Shown piece after piece: positions 29,608-39,535 of a stretch of 64,000 nucleotides of DNA. The position numbers were made by a program, and so were the translations under genes. The DNA comes from a virus (taxonomy: Duplodnaviria; Heunggongvirae; Uroviricota; Caudoviricetes). Numbering within the stretch: the first letter of the stretch is position 1; the number at the start of each line of letters is the position of its first letter. The notes under the pieces were generated by a model. It had not been told where the DNA came from. It ran no database searches and worked only from the letters and a program-made list of their open reading frames with translations. Location: positions 32,001 to 96,000 of IMG/VR virus record IMGVR_UViG_2799112330_000002. The stretch is one strand, 5' to 3'.

Positions 29608-31248
29608 ATGGACTTTAATTCTTTTAATTTATGTGGTGGGTGTATGCCTACTCAAATTGTAAATCTCAATTTTGCATTCAATAATCTAAATGGATTGAAG
29701 ATATACAACAAATGTGATGAGCCTTATGATTTGAACACATTACAGTTTGCTTATAGTATTGATTCAGTTTGTTGGTCATGTTGGATGAGTTATTCTGATC
29801 TGTTAAGAAACACAATTGAAATGAATAGTGACTTTTATGCTAAAGTAAAAGTTCAAGGTGATGTATCAAGAATAACTATAGATGATGAGCCTTATTATAA
29901 CTATTCTACACAATTAGACTCTGAATTCAGTTTTTCATATTGTGATTCAAATCCTAATGTATATAGTCCTTATAACAATATGGAAGGCGCTATCAATCTT
30001 TATCAGAATTTGTCTAATACAGTATCATGCATAACAGGAATCCCTATATATTATTTCAAACTATCTCCAAATGCTGGTTCAACAGATCTCACATTCAAAG
30101 AATATGCATTAATGGATGTGGAGTCAGTAAAACAGATAAAGCTGATCATAAATGACAATCAAATGCCATCATCTAAACCTGAATTTTCTGATTTTGGATT
30201 AGAATGGCAAACAGATTGGGAAACAGAAATACCAAAGGGAATATTTGCAACAGCATTTGGGCCAACAGCTCAACCAACAGAAGGTGATCTTATATATATT
30301 CCTATGATGAAGAGAATGTGGATGGTCAATGAAGCATATGAAGAGAAAAGAGATTCATTTATGTGGATTGCAACAACATTCAAGGTAACACTAGTAAAAT
30401 ACCAAGAAAAGGATTCAGTTGATCTCAAAGATACTGAGGCTATGGTGAATTCATTTGTAAAGAACAAATATGAAGACATCTTTGGTGAAGATGAAGATAC
30501 AATGGGTAGTGGTGAAGAGTTCAATGATGCTCCATTGTATGCTGCAGATTCTCTTTATCCAATATATGAATCAGATTCTCAACGTAAATATGTATCATGT
30601 GAAGGCGTAGACATATTAGATGAATCAACACATTTCAAGGGAACTGTAATATCAGACAAGATGTATAAGTTTGATAACATGTCATTACAAAGAAAGATTG
30701 TATATCAAAGACTATTCTGTGGAGAAAATGCAACAATATCATTCATCATAAAGCCAGAACCTTGGTATAATGACTATGACGGATCATTACTTTCTATAGG
30801 AAGATTTAAGATAAAGATTCATCAAGAAAACAATATGACATATCTTAGCTTGAATAAGAATGAAAACGTACAACTTCAGTTAGAGAACAATACTACATAT
30901 TTTGTATATGCAAGATGGTCAAAAGAACTAAATGTTGTAGAGATGTCAGCAGCAAAATATGTATGGCCAGACTCTATTCCAATATATAAATTGAATTCAC
31001 ATCATTATTGGTATGACATGGACAATATGATGACGTCAACGGGGAAATATAATATAGAATTCAATATAGACAAGAAGACAGAAGTTATGTTGGAAGGATT
31101 CTATGGTAAGATAACAAACATAAAGATATTTGATATATACAATGATAACATATCTGAAGTTCTTATGATGTACCCAAACAATAAGAGACTGTTGATAAAT
31201 GATACAGCTAGAAACATTATAGGAATGAGTGGGCATGTTGTAAGTTAA
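29608..31248 (+). CDS. neck/head-completion protein (T4 gp14-like core with extensions)
   Basis: G.PIYYF, EFSDFGLE, F...FG...PTEGDLIYIPM..MW.VN. Confidence 0.65.
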   Translation: MDFNSFNLCGGCMPTQIVNLNFAFNNLNGLKIYNKCDEPYDLNTLQFAYSIDSVCWSCWMSYSDLLRNTIEMNSDFYAKVKVQGDVSRITIDDEPYYNYSTQLDSEFSFSYCDSNPNVYSPYNNMEGAINLYQNLSNTVSCITGIPIYYFKLSPNAGSTDLTFKEYALMDVESVKQIKLIINDNQMPSSKPEFSDFGLEWQTDWETEIPKGIFATAFGPTAQPTEGDLIYIPMMKRMWMVNEAYEEKRDSFMWIATTFKVTLVKYQEKDSVDLKDTEAMVNSFVKNKYEDIFGEDEDTMGSGEEFNDAPLYAADSLYPIYESDSQRKYVSCEGVDILDESTHFKGTVISDKMYKFDNMSLQRKIVYQRLFCGENATISFIIKPEPWYNDYDGSLLSIGRFKIKIHQENNMTYLSLNKNENVQLQLENNTTYFVYARWSKELNVVEMSAAKYVWPDSIPIYKLNSHHYWYDMDNMMTSTGKYNIEFNIDKKTEVMLEGFYGKITNIKIFDIYNDNISEVLMMYPNNKRLLINDTARNIIGMSGHVVS

Positions 31249-31273
31249 ATAAATATATAAAGAAGAGGCAAAA

Positions 31274-31549
31274 ATGAACAAATTATTTTCAATTATCAAT
31301 ACAGTAAACAAACAGGCAGTACAAACTTATGGAGAACTAATAAGTACAGATTCACCAAAAACTAATATAGTCAATAAGTTGTCACAGGAAGAGAAAGAAG
31401 TATATGAAGAAATTCAGAACAAAGACAAGGAAAGACTTATTGACAGCGCCGGAAACAATAGAGAAAAAGATAACTCTATAACATTCAATAAGCCAAACAA
31501 GAAGACAGTAGTAATACCCGGAATAGGTGAAGTCACGCAAATGATGTAA
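31274..31549 (+). CDS. hypothetical protein
   Basis: 91-aa ORF. Confidence 0.6.
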   Translation: MNKLFSIINTVNKQAVQTYGELISTDSPKTNIVNKLSQEEKEVYEEIQNKDKERLIDSAGNNREKDNSITFNKPNKKTVVIPGIGEVTQMM

Positions 31550-31586
31550 AAATATATATTAATTCTAAAGTTTAATAAGATATATT

Positions 31587-31892
31587 ATGAAGACAATTAC
31601 TAATTTCATTAACGAGTCATTATCAGGAAAACAAAAGGAAATCATAGGAGAAATATTTTCTAAGTTATTCAAAGGATCATCATTATCAAAAGATCAGATC
31701 ATTATATTATTGAATAACATAGATGACAAAGAAATCATCTACTGTATATCAAAATATTTTTCTGAAAATGACACATCAAACTATCTTGCTTATGAGCCAT
31801 CCGATGACTTATTTATCAATTATGAATCTACTAAGAAAAAAATTATAGAACAACTAGCAGAATTCATATATAAGTATAAAATAATGAAATGA
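31587..31892 (+). CDS. leader-bearing putative internal head protein
   Basis: MKTITNFINE. Confidence 0.7.
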   Translation: MKTITNFINESLSGKQKEIIGEIFSKLFKGSSLSKDQIIILLNNIDDKEIIYCISKYFSENDTSNYLAYEPSDDLFINYESTKKKIIEQLAEFIYKYKIMK

Positions 31893-31964
31893 AAAAAAGT
31901 TATTTTTAATATATAAAATATCAACATATATCAAACATATAAAATATAACAATATAATATCAAT

Positions 31965-33266
31965 ATGAAGAAAACTAATAGTTTAGAAGACTTTATAGCT
32001 AACAAGTCAAGTTTTTCTAGAAAAACAAGCATTATGGAAGCTAGAAGAAAAAAAGATGAGTCTGATGTAAAGCAGGAAGATGTAGAAGGATTGTCTGCTG
32101 AAGAAAACGGCTCAGAAGGAAAATGGGCAGTTGAGCCACCAACAGATGATGATCTATTAAAAGGTATTGATAGAGAAACTCTTACAAAGAACAAGAAACG
32201 TATATTATTACGTATGAAAGCTAACAAACCATTCTTTGTTGAAGGTAGAGCTGGTTGGGGTAAGACAAGTATCATTACAAAGTTAGCTCATCAATGTAAA
32301 CGTACAGTAATTACAGTATATCTTGATAAGATTCCACCTGAGGATCTTGGTGGTACTCCTGTTCCATTCAAATCAAAGAAGGGTGGTGACTATGTAAAGA
32401 CACTTATGCCAGGATGGGCAGTAATTATGTATGATAATCCTGATACAGATTACTTATTGTTCTTTGATGAAATGAATCAGGCAGATCCTCAAGTAATGAA
32501 TGCATTGATGCCTATTGTATTGAAGAATGTAATTTGCGGTGTTCAATTCAAGAACTTCATCGTTGGTGGTGCTGGTAACCTCGAAGATGAAAACCAGGGC
32601 GGTGTAAACCAACTTTCAAAACCATTGAGATCTCGTTTTGGTGGTATTATTAAATGGGAAGATGGTGACTGGGCAAGTTCATTTGACTTCCTTCATAAGA
32701 AATGGGACGCAAAACTAGGCCGTAAATTTGTTGACAGAATTCAAGACAACTGTGAATGCTTTGATAACCCTAGAGATATTGACAATCATATTATTGACAC
32801 TATTGCAAATATCAAAGCAGGTAAAGAAGATGCAGATATCTTTGATGCTTCTGACTGGTTAGACCAATTGAATGACTTGGCAAAAGAAGATCTATCACAC
32901 ACTCAAGAACATAATCTTGAAGAATTGGCAGACTACATCTACAATTATGTAAATGGAAATGAAGATGAAGATGATGATAGAACAGGTTCAAGTAAAGACA
33001 TCAATATGGTAGATGAAAAGGTAATTGCATTTATCAAGAAAATTATGACTAGAGGATGGGTAGAAGATCCACATAGCCCACAGAAGAAGTATGGTGTATC
33101 TAGAGAGAACCTGAAGGGAATAGCTGAAGAACTTCTTCCAAATGGTGAGTTAGTTGAAATCATTCTCGATAAGTTAGAAGCTGAAGGTGCTAAGTTCAAA
33201 TATGAAACAAATGCAGAATGGAAGAAAGCTAATCCTAAGTTATTAGACCCTGATGCAGAAGATTAA
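31965..33266 (+). CDS. MoxR-family AAA+ ATPase
   Basis: GRAGWGKTS, LLFFDEMNQA, GAGN, L..PLRSRF. Confidence 0.88.
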   Translation: MKKTNSLEDFIANKSSFSRKTSIMEARRKKDESDVKQEDVEGLSAEENGSEGKWAVEPPTDDDLLKGIDRETLTKNKKRILLRMKANKPFFVEGRAGWGKTSIITKLAHQCKRTVITVYLDKIPPEDLGGTPVPFKSKKGGDYVKTLMPGWAVIMYDNPDTDYLLFFDEMNQADPQVMNALMPIVLKNVICGVQFKNFIVGGAGNLEDENQGGVNQLSKPLRSRFGGIIKWEDGDWASSFDFLHKKWDAKLGRKFVDRIQDNCECFDNPRDIDNHIIDTIANIKAGKEDADIFDASDWLDQLNDLAKEDLSHTQEHNLEELADYIYNYVNGNEDEDDDRTGSSKDINMVDEKVIAFIKKIMTRGWVEDPHSPQKKYGVSRENLKGIAEELLPNGELVEIILDKLEAEGAKFKYETNAEWKKANPKLLDPDAED

Positions 33267-33324
33267 ATAATATCTAATAAATGACTATTATATTTATATA
33301 AATTAATTTATAAAACAAATAGCT

Positions 33325-33642
33325 ATGTTAATAAAACCAAGAAACATATTACAATTTGATAATGATGATGAGTTTGACAGATATTGCATTGTCCCTAAAC
33401 TTGTCAAGAAATCATATGTAAAGAAGGATGGAAGTAATAGTGATTATATAGATTTTGACTTTACTCCTGAATATGAAGATTCTGTAAAGAACAATGATGC
33501 GTTCATTATTTTAGACAGAGATTCAGCAACTCTAAGAAGAAAATGTGTATCATATAGAACAATTGCAAAGAAAGTAAAGAATCTATATCCTTGGTATTAT
33601 GAAAAGATCTTTAATAAAAACAAAAAGGTAAAGACAATTTAA
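33325..33642 (+). CDS. hypothetical protein
   Basis: 105-aa ORF between MoxR and VWA genes. Confidence 0.6.
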   Translation: MLIKPRNILQFDNDDEFDRYCIVPKLVKKSYVKKDGSNSDYIDFDFTPEYEDSVKNNDAFIILDRDSATLRRKCVSYRTIAKKVKNLYPWYYEKIFNKNKKVKTI

Positions 33643-33643
33643 T

Positions 33644-35899
33644 ATGATAGAAATAAAAAGTACAATACTTAATTCAAAGAGTTTACGACATGTCAAGGAT
33701 AGTCTTATTGAAATATCCGAAATTGATCATGAAGAAACTTTCCGTGTAAAGGCTCTTGAATATATTAATTTTAGTTCATTGGAACAGGATGACCGATATT
33801 TCTATGATATGATGGAGTTTGTTCGCTTTCTAGATCCATCTTCAGACGCAATTGCTTATACTACACCAGAACATCTTATATATCTTAATGCTCCTAATAA
33901 TAAAATTGATAAGAATGTCAGATATTGGGAATTCATATTTGATCATGAATGCTTGCACCAGTTATGGGATACTTTTGGTGTAGAAAAGAAGATTAAAGAA
34001 TCTGGGGCAGTATTTGATCATTATATATTGAATGTAGCATCTGATTGTGTCATTAATGACTATTTGGCAAACATTAGAAAGAAAGCTTTGCCAAATGGTG
34101 GATTGATAACACCTGATCTTATATATAAAGAGACAGGAGTTGTATATGATAGAAAAAAGGATACACAGTTCTCATTATATATGAAATTGATAGCACAGAA
34201 AGATAAGGTGGACAAAAGTAATGCTCTTAAGAAAGCAGAAGAATTTGAAGGTAAATTGACTCCTAAATCAGTTCAAAAACAGCAGGTACCACCAGGTCCT
34301 CCACCTCCTCCAGGTGGCAAATTTTCAGATGAATATATTCAGGGAAGAATAGATGGTATACAAGATGTATTAGACAAGAAAGTTGATCCACATAAATTTA
34401 CACCAAAGACACCAGAAGATGATGATTACAATAAAGGTTATAATGATGTTATTGCAGAGATCAAAGAGGGATTAGACAAAGGAATCACATTACCCGATAG
34501 CCCAAGCGGAGGTGGAGGTGGTGATGATAATGGTCTACCACAAGTTCCATGGGATATTCCACAAGATCAGAAACAAAGTGGTCAATCTGATGGAGAAGGA
34601 GCTCAGCAAAATGGAGAAGGAGCTCAGCAAAATGATAGTATACCAAATAATGCTGAAGGTGCTCAAGATGCTGCTGATCAAGCTAAAGATGCCGCTGATA
34701 AAGCTCAGGATGCTGCTGATAAAGCCCAAGAAAATGCAGAAAAGGCTGAAAAGCAAGCAAAGTCTTCAGGTAAGCAAGAAGATAAAGAGACATTAGAAAA
34801 AGCTAAGAAGATAGCTGATCAAGCAAAGAAGGCAGCAAAAGAAGCTAAAGAAGCTGCAGATAAAGCTCAAAAGGCCGCAGACAAAGCTAAGGATGCTGCT
34901 GGAAATGATGGTAAAGACAAAAAGGATGCTAAAGGAAAAGATGGTACATCATCAAAAGAGTCAGATGCTGCAAAAGAAGCAAAAGATCAAATGCAGAAAG
35001 CTAAAGATGCTCAAGCAACAGCAGAAGCATGTAGTAAAGGCCAAGATCCAAGTAACCAAAAAAATAACAATTCATCACAAGGTGCTGGTAAAGGTCATAT
35101 AGCTCCAACTTTGTCAGATGCTGATCTTGAAGAAATAAGAGCAAAAGCTGCTAAGATCATTGAAAAGTATAAGAACAAAATATCTGGAGAATTTGGTAAG
35201 TTCATTTCAAAATGTCGTTCAAGCTTTACAATGAAAAAAGAAGGTCTTGTTGCCCAGATCAGTAAAGGAACAATGTGGAACAAACAAATGAACTCTATTT
35301 TACTTGGATATATCAAACAAAAGGTATTAATGAAGAAGAGACAATATGAGCCATCCTTCAAACGAGTAAAGAGAGGAACAGGATTTGTGAACTATGGAGA
35401 TCCATTACGTAAGGGAAAGATTCGTAAAGATGACAAACTATTGATAAATGGTGCTTTCTATGCTGATAGATCAGGAAGTATGGGTGGTACAATCAAGAAT
35501 GTTGTAAAAGCTATCTATGCAATTAGTGAATCATTGAAGAAATTGTTCGGTGGTGAAAGAGTTGTTGAAGATACAGTATTCAAATTGTATGCATTTGATG
35601 ACTATATGAAAGAAATTCCATGGGGTAAGTCATTCACTGATGGTGGTGGTACAATGCCATTTGATGAATTATTAGGAAAGATAATGGATCAGGATGAACA
35701 ATATCTATTCAATATTGTCATAACAGATGCAGAATTCCCTAGTATCAATAGAGCAAAAGTAAATCAATTCTTGAAGGATATCCCAGGAATAGTAATATTC
35801 ATCACTAATCATGACAATGATATAATGAAAGAAATTTCTAAAGATCATCCAACAAAACTTTTCTATATTTTGGCAGATTCTAATTTTGAAATTGAATAA
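33644..35899 (+). CDS. metallopeptidase-like (HExxH) plus VWA domain protein, MoxR partner
   Basis: HECLH...NVASDCVIN; low-complexity linker; MIDAS DRSGSM, GGGT, ITDAE. Confidence 0.85.
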   Translation: MIEIKSTILNSKSLRHVKDSLIEISEIDHEETFRVKALEYINFSSLEQDDRYFYDMMEFVRFLDPSSDAIAYTTPEHLIYLNAPNNKIDKNVRYWEFIFDHECLHQLWDTFGVEKKIKESGAVFDHYILNVASDCVINDYLANIRKKALPNGGLITPDLIYKETGVVYDRKKDTQFSLYMKLIAQKDKVDKSNALKKAEEFEGKLTPKSVQKQQVPPGPPPPPGGKFSDEYIQGRIDGIQDVLDKKVDPHKFTPKTPEDDDYNKGYNDVIAEIKEGLDKGITLPDSPSGGGGGDDNGLPQVPWDIPQDQKQSGQSDGEGAQQNGEGAQQNDSIPNNAEGAQDAADQAKDAADKAQDAADKAQENAEKAEKQAKSSGKQEDKETLEKAKKIADQAKKAAKEAKEAADKAQKAADKAKDAAGNDGKDKKDAKGKDGTSSKESDAAKEAKDQMQKAKDAQATAEACSKGQDPSNQKNNNSSQGAGKGHIAPTLSDADLEEIRAKAAKIIEKYKNKISGEFGKFISKCRSSFTMKKEGLVAQISKGTMWNKQMNSILLGYIKQKVLMKKRQYEPSFKRVKRGTGFVNYGDPLRKGKIRKDDKLLINGAFYADRSGSMGGTIKNVVKAIYAISESLKKLFGGERVVEDTVFKLYAFDDYMKEIPWGKSFTDGGGTMPFDELLGKIMDQDEQYLFNIVITDAEFPSINRAKVNQFLKDIPGIVIFITNHDNDIMKEISKDHPTKLFYILADSNFEIE
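34590..34631 (+). repeat. exact 21-bp tandem duplication within VWA gene linker
   Basis: ATGGAGAAGGAGCTCAGCAAA x2 (GEGAQQN), followed by DAADKAQ-type repeats. Confidence 0.85.
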
Positions 35900-35928
35900 A
35901 GTAATACATAAAAATTAAATAACCTAAT

Positions 35929-35971
35929 AAAAAGATCTATATTTTATATATAGGTCTTTTTTTATTTTTAT
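35929..35971 (+). terminator. AGATCT/AGGTCT-type terminator fused to TTATTTTTA motif
   Basis: AAAAGATCTATAT...ATATAGGTCTTTT then TTATTTTTAT. Confidence 0.65.
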
Positions 35972-35995
35972 ATATAAAGTTATGATTATAATAAT

Positions 35996-36745
35996 ATGAT
36001 AACATTAAGAGAATATATATTAGAAGAGAAAATTCTGAATAAAGACAATGTATTTGTTTGGAATTATGCTCAATTTGATAAATGGGATGAGACAAAAGTA
36101 CTTGCGGAACTTAAAGAACAACTTGTCAAATTCCAGTTATCTTGTATTGTTACTATGGTAGGTGCAGCAAATGACAAAATGGAAAAAGATGAAAAAGAAT
36201 ATCCAGAAAAACTACGTAATGCTGCTATCAAAGCATCCAAAGAATACAAGTCATTTGAAAAGATGAATGATGAGAAAAAAGAACAATGGATTCTCAATAA
36301 GATAGAAGAAATCAAGAAGAATGCTGAGTATCTTACAAAGGACAATGGTAGATATAAGCATTTAGCTAAGAATTCTACAAAGGTTCCATTAATAGTTCCA
36401 CCAACAAAAATAGATACAACAACAATTGGTATTGATAATTTCAGAATACTAGTACGTAATGACATATATTCACAGCATTCTTCACAATTAATACATTGGG
36501 ATTCTACAGATATGGATCAATTGGCTAAATCAATATTCAAAGCTTTTCCTGATGACAATGAATTCAAAGATCATTTTAGAGGATTTGCGATATATACTGA
36601 TCAAAAGAACATAACTAGTTTTAATGCAATAAACATTACTTTTATGTTTGATGAAGAATTTGAAAACCAATTAGATAAATCTGTTAATCAATTTGCTGAT
36701 TTTATGCATCAAGAATATCAATCTGGAAGATATATGGGAGATTAA
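35996..36745 (+). CDS. leader-bearing protein, paralog of 11069..11692
   Basis: MITLREYILE; C-terminus GRYMGD. Confidence 0.75.
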   Translation: MITLREYILEEKILNKDNVFVWNYAQFDKWDETKVLAELKEQLVKFQLSCIVTMVGAANDKMEKDEKEYPEKLRNAAIKASKEYKSFEKMNDEKKEQWILNKIEEIKKNAEYLTKDNGRYKHLAKNSTKVPLIVPPTKIDTTTIGIDNFRILVRNDIYSQHSSQLIHWDSTDMDQLAKSIFKAFPDDNEFKDHFRGFAIYTDQKNITSFNAINITFMFDEEFENQLDKSVNQFADFMHQEYQSGRYMGD

Positions 36746-36776
36746 ATAAATTCATACTAGATAAAGAAGAAAATAA

Positions 36777-37610
36777 ATGAAAAGGTTGATAGATTATATT
36801 TGTGAATTAAGAGATGAAACATACTTTAAAGTTGCCCGTAAAAGAAATGAACAAGGCAAAGATATATCTGATATAATTTCGCATGCTAATGAAAGAATAA
36901 CTAAAGATTTTATCAAGGAATTGACATCATCAGATTGGTATAAAACATATGTAAAGAAAATAGAATACTCAGATGATTCATCAACTATTAAACTATTGTT
37001 GTCAGAACAAATGAGAGATGAATATGGGGCTGATCCAAAGTATGAAAATGAAAGACAGGAAATGTATGATAATCTTAAAACCCTTGCAAGAAAATATGGG
37101 CGTTTAATTCATGGATTACGATTTATGAACTGTTATGCAAATGAAGAACCAACTATTCTATTCTATTTGTTAGATAGAAAAAAATATTTGAAAGATATCA
37201 ATAAAGATACTATACTATATCATGTTACTTCAAAATTAGAAAATGCAAACAAAATTATTGAAAATGGAATTATAGTTAGTCAGCCGATTTTTACAACGTA
37301 TACATATAAATGTGTATTCGCATTCAAATCTAAAAGATTTATTGATATGTTTAGTAAAAAATTCTTAAAAAAGAAACAATATTATGTAATAGAATTCAAG
37401 GCTGGTGATAATATATATTTTGATGATTGGATGCTAAATAGTGAATTAATAACAGAATTACAATATAAATCACCTGGTGGCAATATGGATTCAATAAGAA
37501 AACGTGCATCACAAGCCATATTTACATTATCTAATATTGATAAAGAACAAATAGTTTCAGTAACAGAAATCAATGGTAAAAATAATAATGTAATATATTC
37601 AAAAGACTAA
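36777..37610 (+). CDS. leader-bearing protein with possible ADP-ribosyltransferase/Tpt1-like domain
   Basis: MKRLIDYICE; LYHVTS..NA.KI.ENGI. Confidence 0.6.
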   Translation: MKRLIDYICELRDETYFKVARKRNEQGKDISDIISHANERITKDFIKELTSSDWYKTYVKKIEYSDDSSTIKLLLSEQMRDEYGADPKYENERQEMYDNLKTLARKYGRLIHGLRFMNCYANEEPTILFYLLDRKKYLKDINKDTILYHVTSKLENANKIIENGIIVSQPIFTTYTYKCVFAFKSKRFIDMFSKKFLKKKQYYVIEFKAGDNIYFDDWMLNSELITELQYKSPGGNMDSIRKRASQAIFTLSNIDKEQIVSVTEINGKNNNVIYSKD

Positions 37611-37612
37611 TT

Positions 37613-37804
37613 ATGAAATCATTAAGACAATATCTAACCGAGGATTTACATGATGTTATTGTTAAAGTAGGAGACTACTGGAGAATAAAGGGACATGCTG
37701 GCAAGGGAACAAACACTCCTAAACGTGGATATTGGAAAGCTAAATATAAGACAAGAGAAAAAGCTGAAAATGCTTTGAAAGCATATTTTGCTAATAAAGG
37801 ATAA
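37613..37804 (+). CDS. small basic leader-bearing protein
   Basis: MKSLRQYLTE; YKTREKAE.ALKAY. Confidence 0.7.
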   Translation: MKSLRQYLTEDLHDVIVKVGDYWRIKGHAGKGTNTPKRGYWKAKYKTREKAENALKAYFANKG

Positions 37805-37828
37805 AAAATAAATAAAGAATATAAACTT

Positions 37829-38281
37829 ATGAAATCCTTAAATAATTATATAAATGAATCATTAGGTTATTATAAAACTTTATCAAATTTCTTAGAAACA
37901 TTTTGGTCTGAAGAAGATTGGTATGATGACATAAATGGAGCATTAGATGATAATGATGAACAAACTAGATTAAATTTAATTGATAACGGATATTGTTTGA
38001 CTGTATGTAATTGTGTATCATTTTTAGAAGACGAACCATTTTATGATGATGTTGAATATTACTTATTAGATGATGGTGGTTCAAGTTATCATTTCTTTAT
38101 GAAATATAAAGATCTTTATTATGATGCTTATAATTATAAAGGAGTAAAAAAATTATCAGATTTACAATTTTGCAAAAAATATATGAAAGGCAAATCTGAA
38201 GAATATTTAAATAAAAATTTAACTTTAGTAGGAAAAGGTGCCGATTTTAATTATGAAAAAGCACAAAGTTATATAAAATAA
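37829..38281 (+). CDS. leader-bearing protein, possible papain/transglutaminase-like Cys-His-Asp fold
   Basis: MKSLNNYINE; NGYC...YHFF...YYDA..YKG. Confidence 0.6.
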   Translation: MKSLNNYINESLGYYKTLSNFLETFWSEEDWYDDINGALDDNDEQTRLNLIDNGYCLTVCNCVSFLEDEPFYDDVEYYLLDDGGSSYHFFMKYKDLYYDAYNYKGVKKLSDLQFCKKYMKGKSEEYLNKNLTLVGKGADFNYEKAQSYIK

Positions 38282-38308
38282 TAAAAAAACATTCCTAAAA
38301 CATAAACC

Positions 38309-38758
38309 ATGAAGAATATTACTGAATATATAATAGAAGCTGCAAAATTCAATTATTGGGAAGATGTTATTGGATTTCCAGGCTATGAATTGAAAGTTCC
38401 TAAAAAATATATAAAGCCAATTAATAATACTAAATATTATCAAGCAGAATTTTTAGAAAAATATTTTGGTTGGCTTAACCAATGGATTGATAAGAATATT
38501 AAAAAGATAGTTCAAATAGTAACTAAAGAAAATAAAGATTTTCCAAAAGAAATTTCAATTAAGTTGCCAAGTGAATTAGGCGGTAGTTTACAATTGGACT
38601 GGGACTGCGGATGGACGGATAATATACCTCATGGTTCTGTTCGTGATGTTGAATTAAAAGTAAACAACGTTTCTCCATCATCAATGAGTCATAGTTCATT
38701 CTATCAAGCTCAAGAAGATTTAACTAGTTTTAAATTAATTAATGAAATTAAATTTTAA
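38309..38758 (+). CDS. leader-bearing protein
   Basis: MKNITEYIIE. Confidence 0.7.
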   Translation: MKNITEYIIEAAKFNYWEDVIGFPGYELKVPKKYIKPINNTKYYQAEFLEKYFGWLNQWIDKNIKKIVQIVTKENKDFPKEISIKLPSELGGSLQLDWDCGWTDNIPHGSVRDVELKVNNVSPSSMSHSSFYQAQEDLTSFKLINEIKF

Positions 38759-38777
38759 AATACATAAAATATAATAT

Positions 38778-39422
38778 ATGAAATCATTAATACAATACAT
38801 AACAGAACGAGTAAAAGATCTACCAAAGTCTATTACAGGATTAATTGTTTTTGATATTGATGATACTTTATTGAAAAGTAATCCTGCAACAATTGGTATA
38901 TATAAGAAAGAACCAGGGAAACCTGAAAAACGATTGACAACTGAAGAATTCGCAAAAGATCCAGATGCTGGTGATCCATCAAAGAAATCATGGTTTGACT
39001 ATAGAGAATTCAATGATCCAGTAAAAGTATATAACTCAATCATATCAGGAACGCCATTGATTAGAAATCTTAGAATAATGGATGACTATATTGAAGCCGG
39101 CTATGAATTCTGTTTTCTTACTGCAAGAAGTTGTGAAGAGACAATAAAGAAAGCTTTGAATGATTTCCTTAAAGTAAAGAAGACTGATGGTGCATTACAG
39201 GAACTTGGTGATATATTTAATAAGACATTATCACATGCAATAAATGATTCTTCTAAACAATATCCAGGCAGTTCTGATGCAGAAAAGAAAGCAAATGTAT
39301 TAAGAAAGCTTTGTAGTAAATATGATAGAGTTGTATTTGTTGATGATGACAGAAAAAATGTTATAGCAGCAAGAGAACTTAATCTTCCAAATCTTAAAGT
39401 CATAAAAGCATGGGATAACTAA
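38778..39422 (+). CDS. leader-bearing HAD-superfamily phosphatase
   Basis: MKSLIQYITE; VFDIDDTL, FLTAR, K, FVDDD..N. Confidence 0.85.
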   Translation: MKSLIQYITERVKDLPKSITGLIVFDIDDTLLKSNPATIGIYKKEPGKPEKRLTTEEFAKDPDAGDPSKKSWFDYREFNDPVKVYNSIISGTPLIRNLRIMDDYIEAGYEFCFLTARSCEETIKKALNDFLKVKKTDGALQELGDIFNKTLSHAINDSSKQYPGSSDAEKKANVLRKLCSKYDRVVFVDDDRKNVIAARELNLPNLKVIKAWDN

Positions 39423-39440
39423 ATAAGAAAATATGATAAT

Positions 39441-39508
39441 ATATTAAAATCAATACTAAAATGTTAGAAGATCTGTGTAAATACGTAGGTCTTCTTTTTT
39501 ATTTTTAT
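39441..39508 (+). repeat. repeated terminator plus promoter cassette (copy 1; copy 2 at 46970-47038)
   Basis: ATATTAAAATCAATACTAAAATG.TTAGAAGATCTGT...G[GA]TCTTCTTTTTTATTTTTA. Confidence 0.8.
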
Positions 39509-39535
39509 ATATAAGAATAAATTTGTTATATAATT

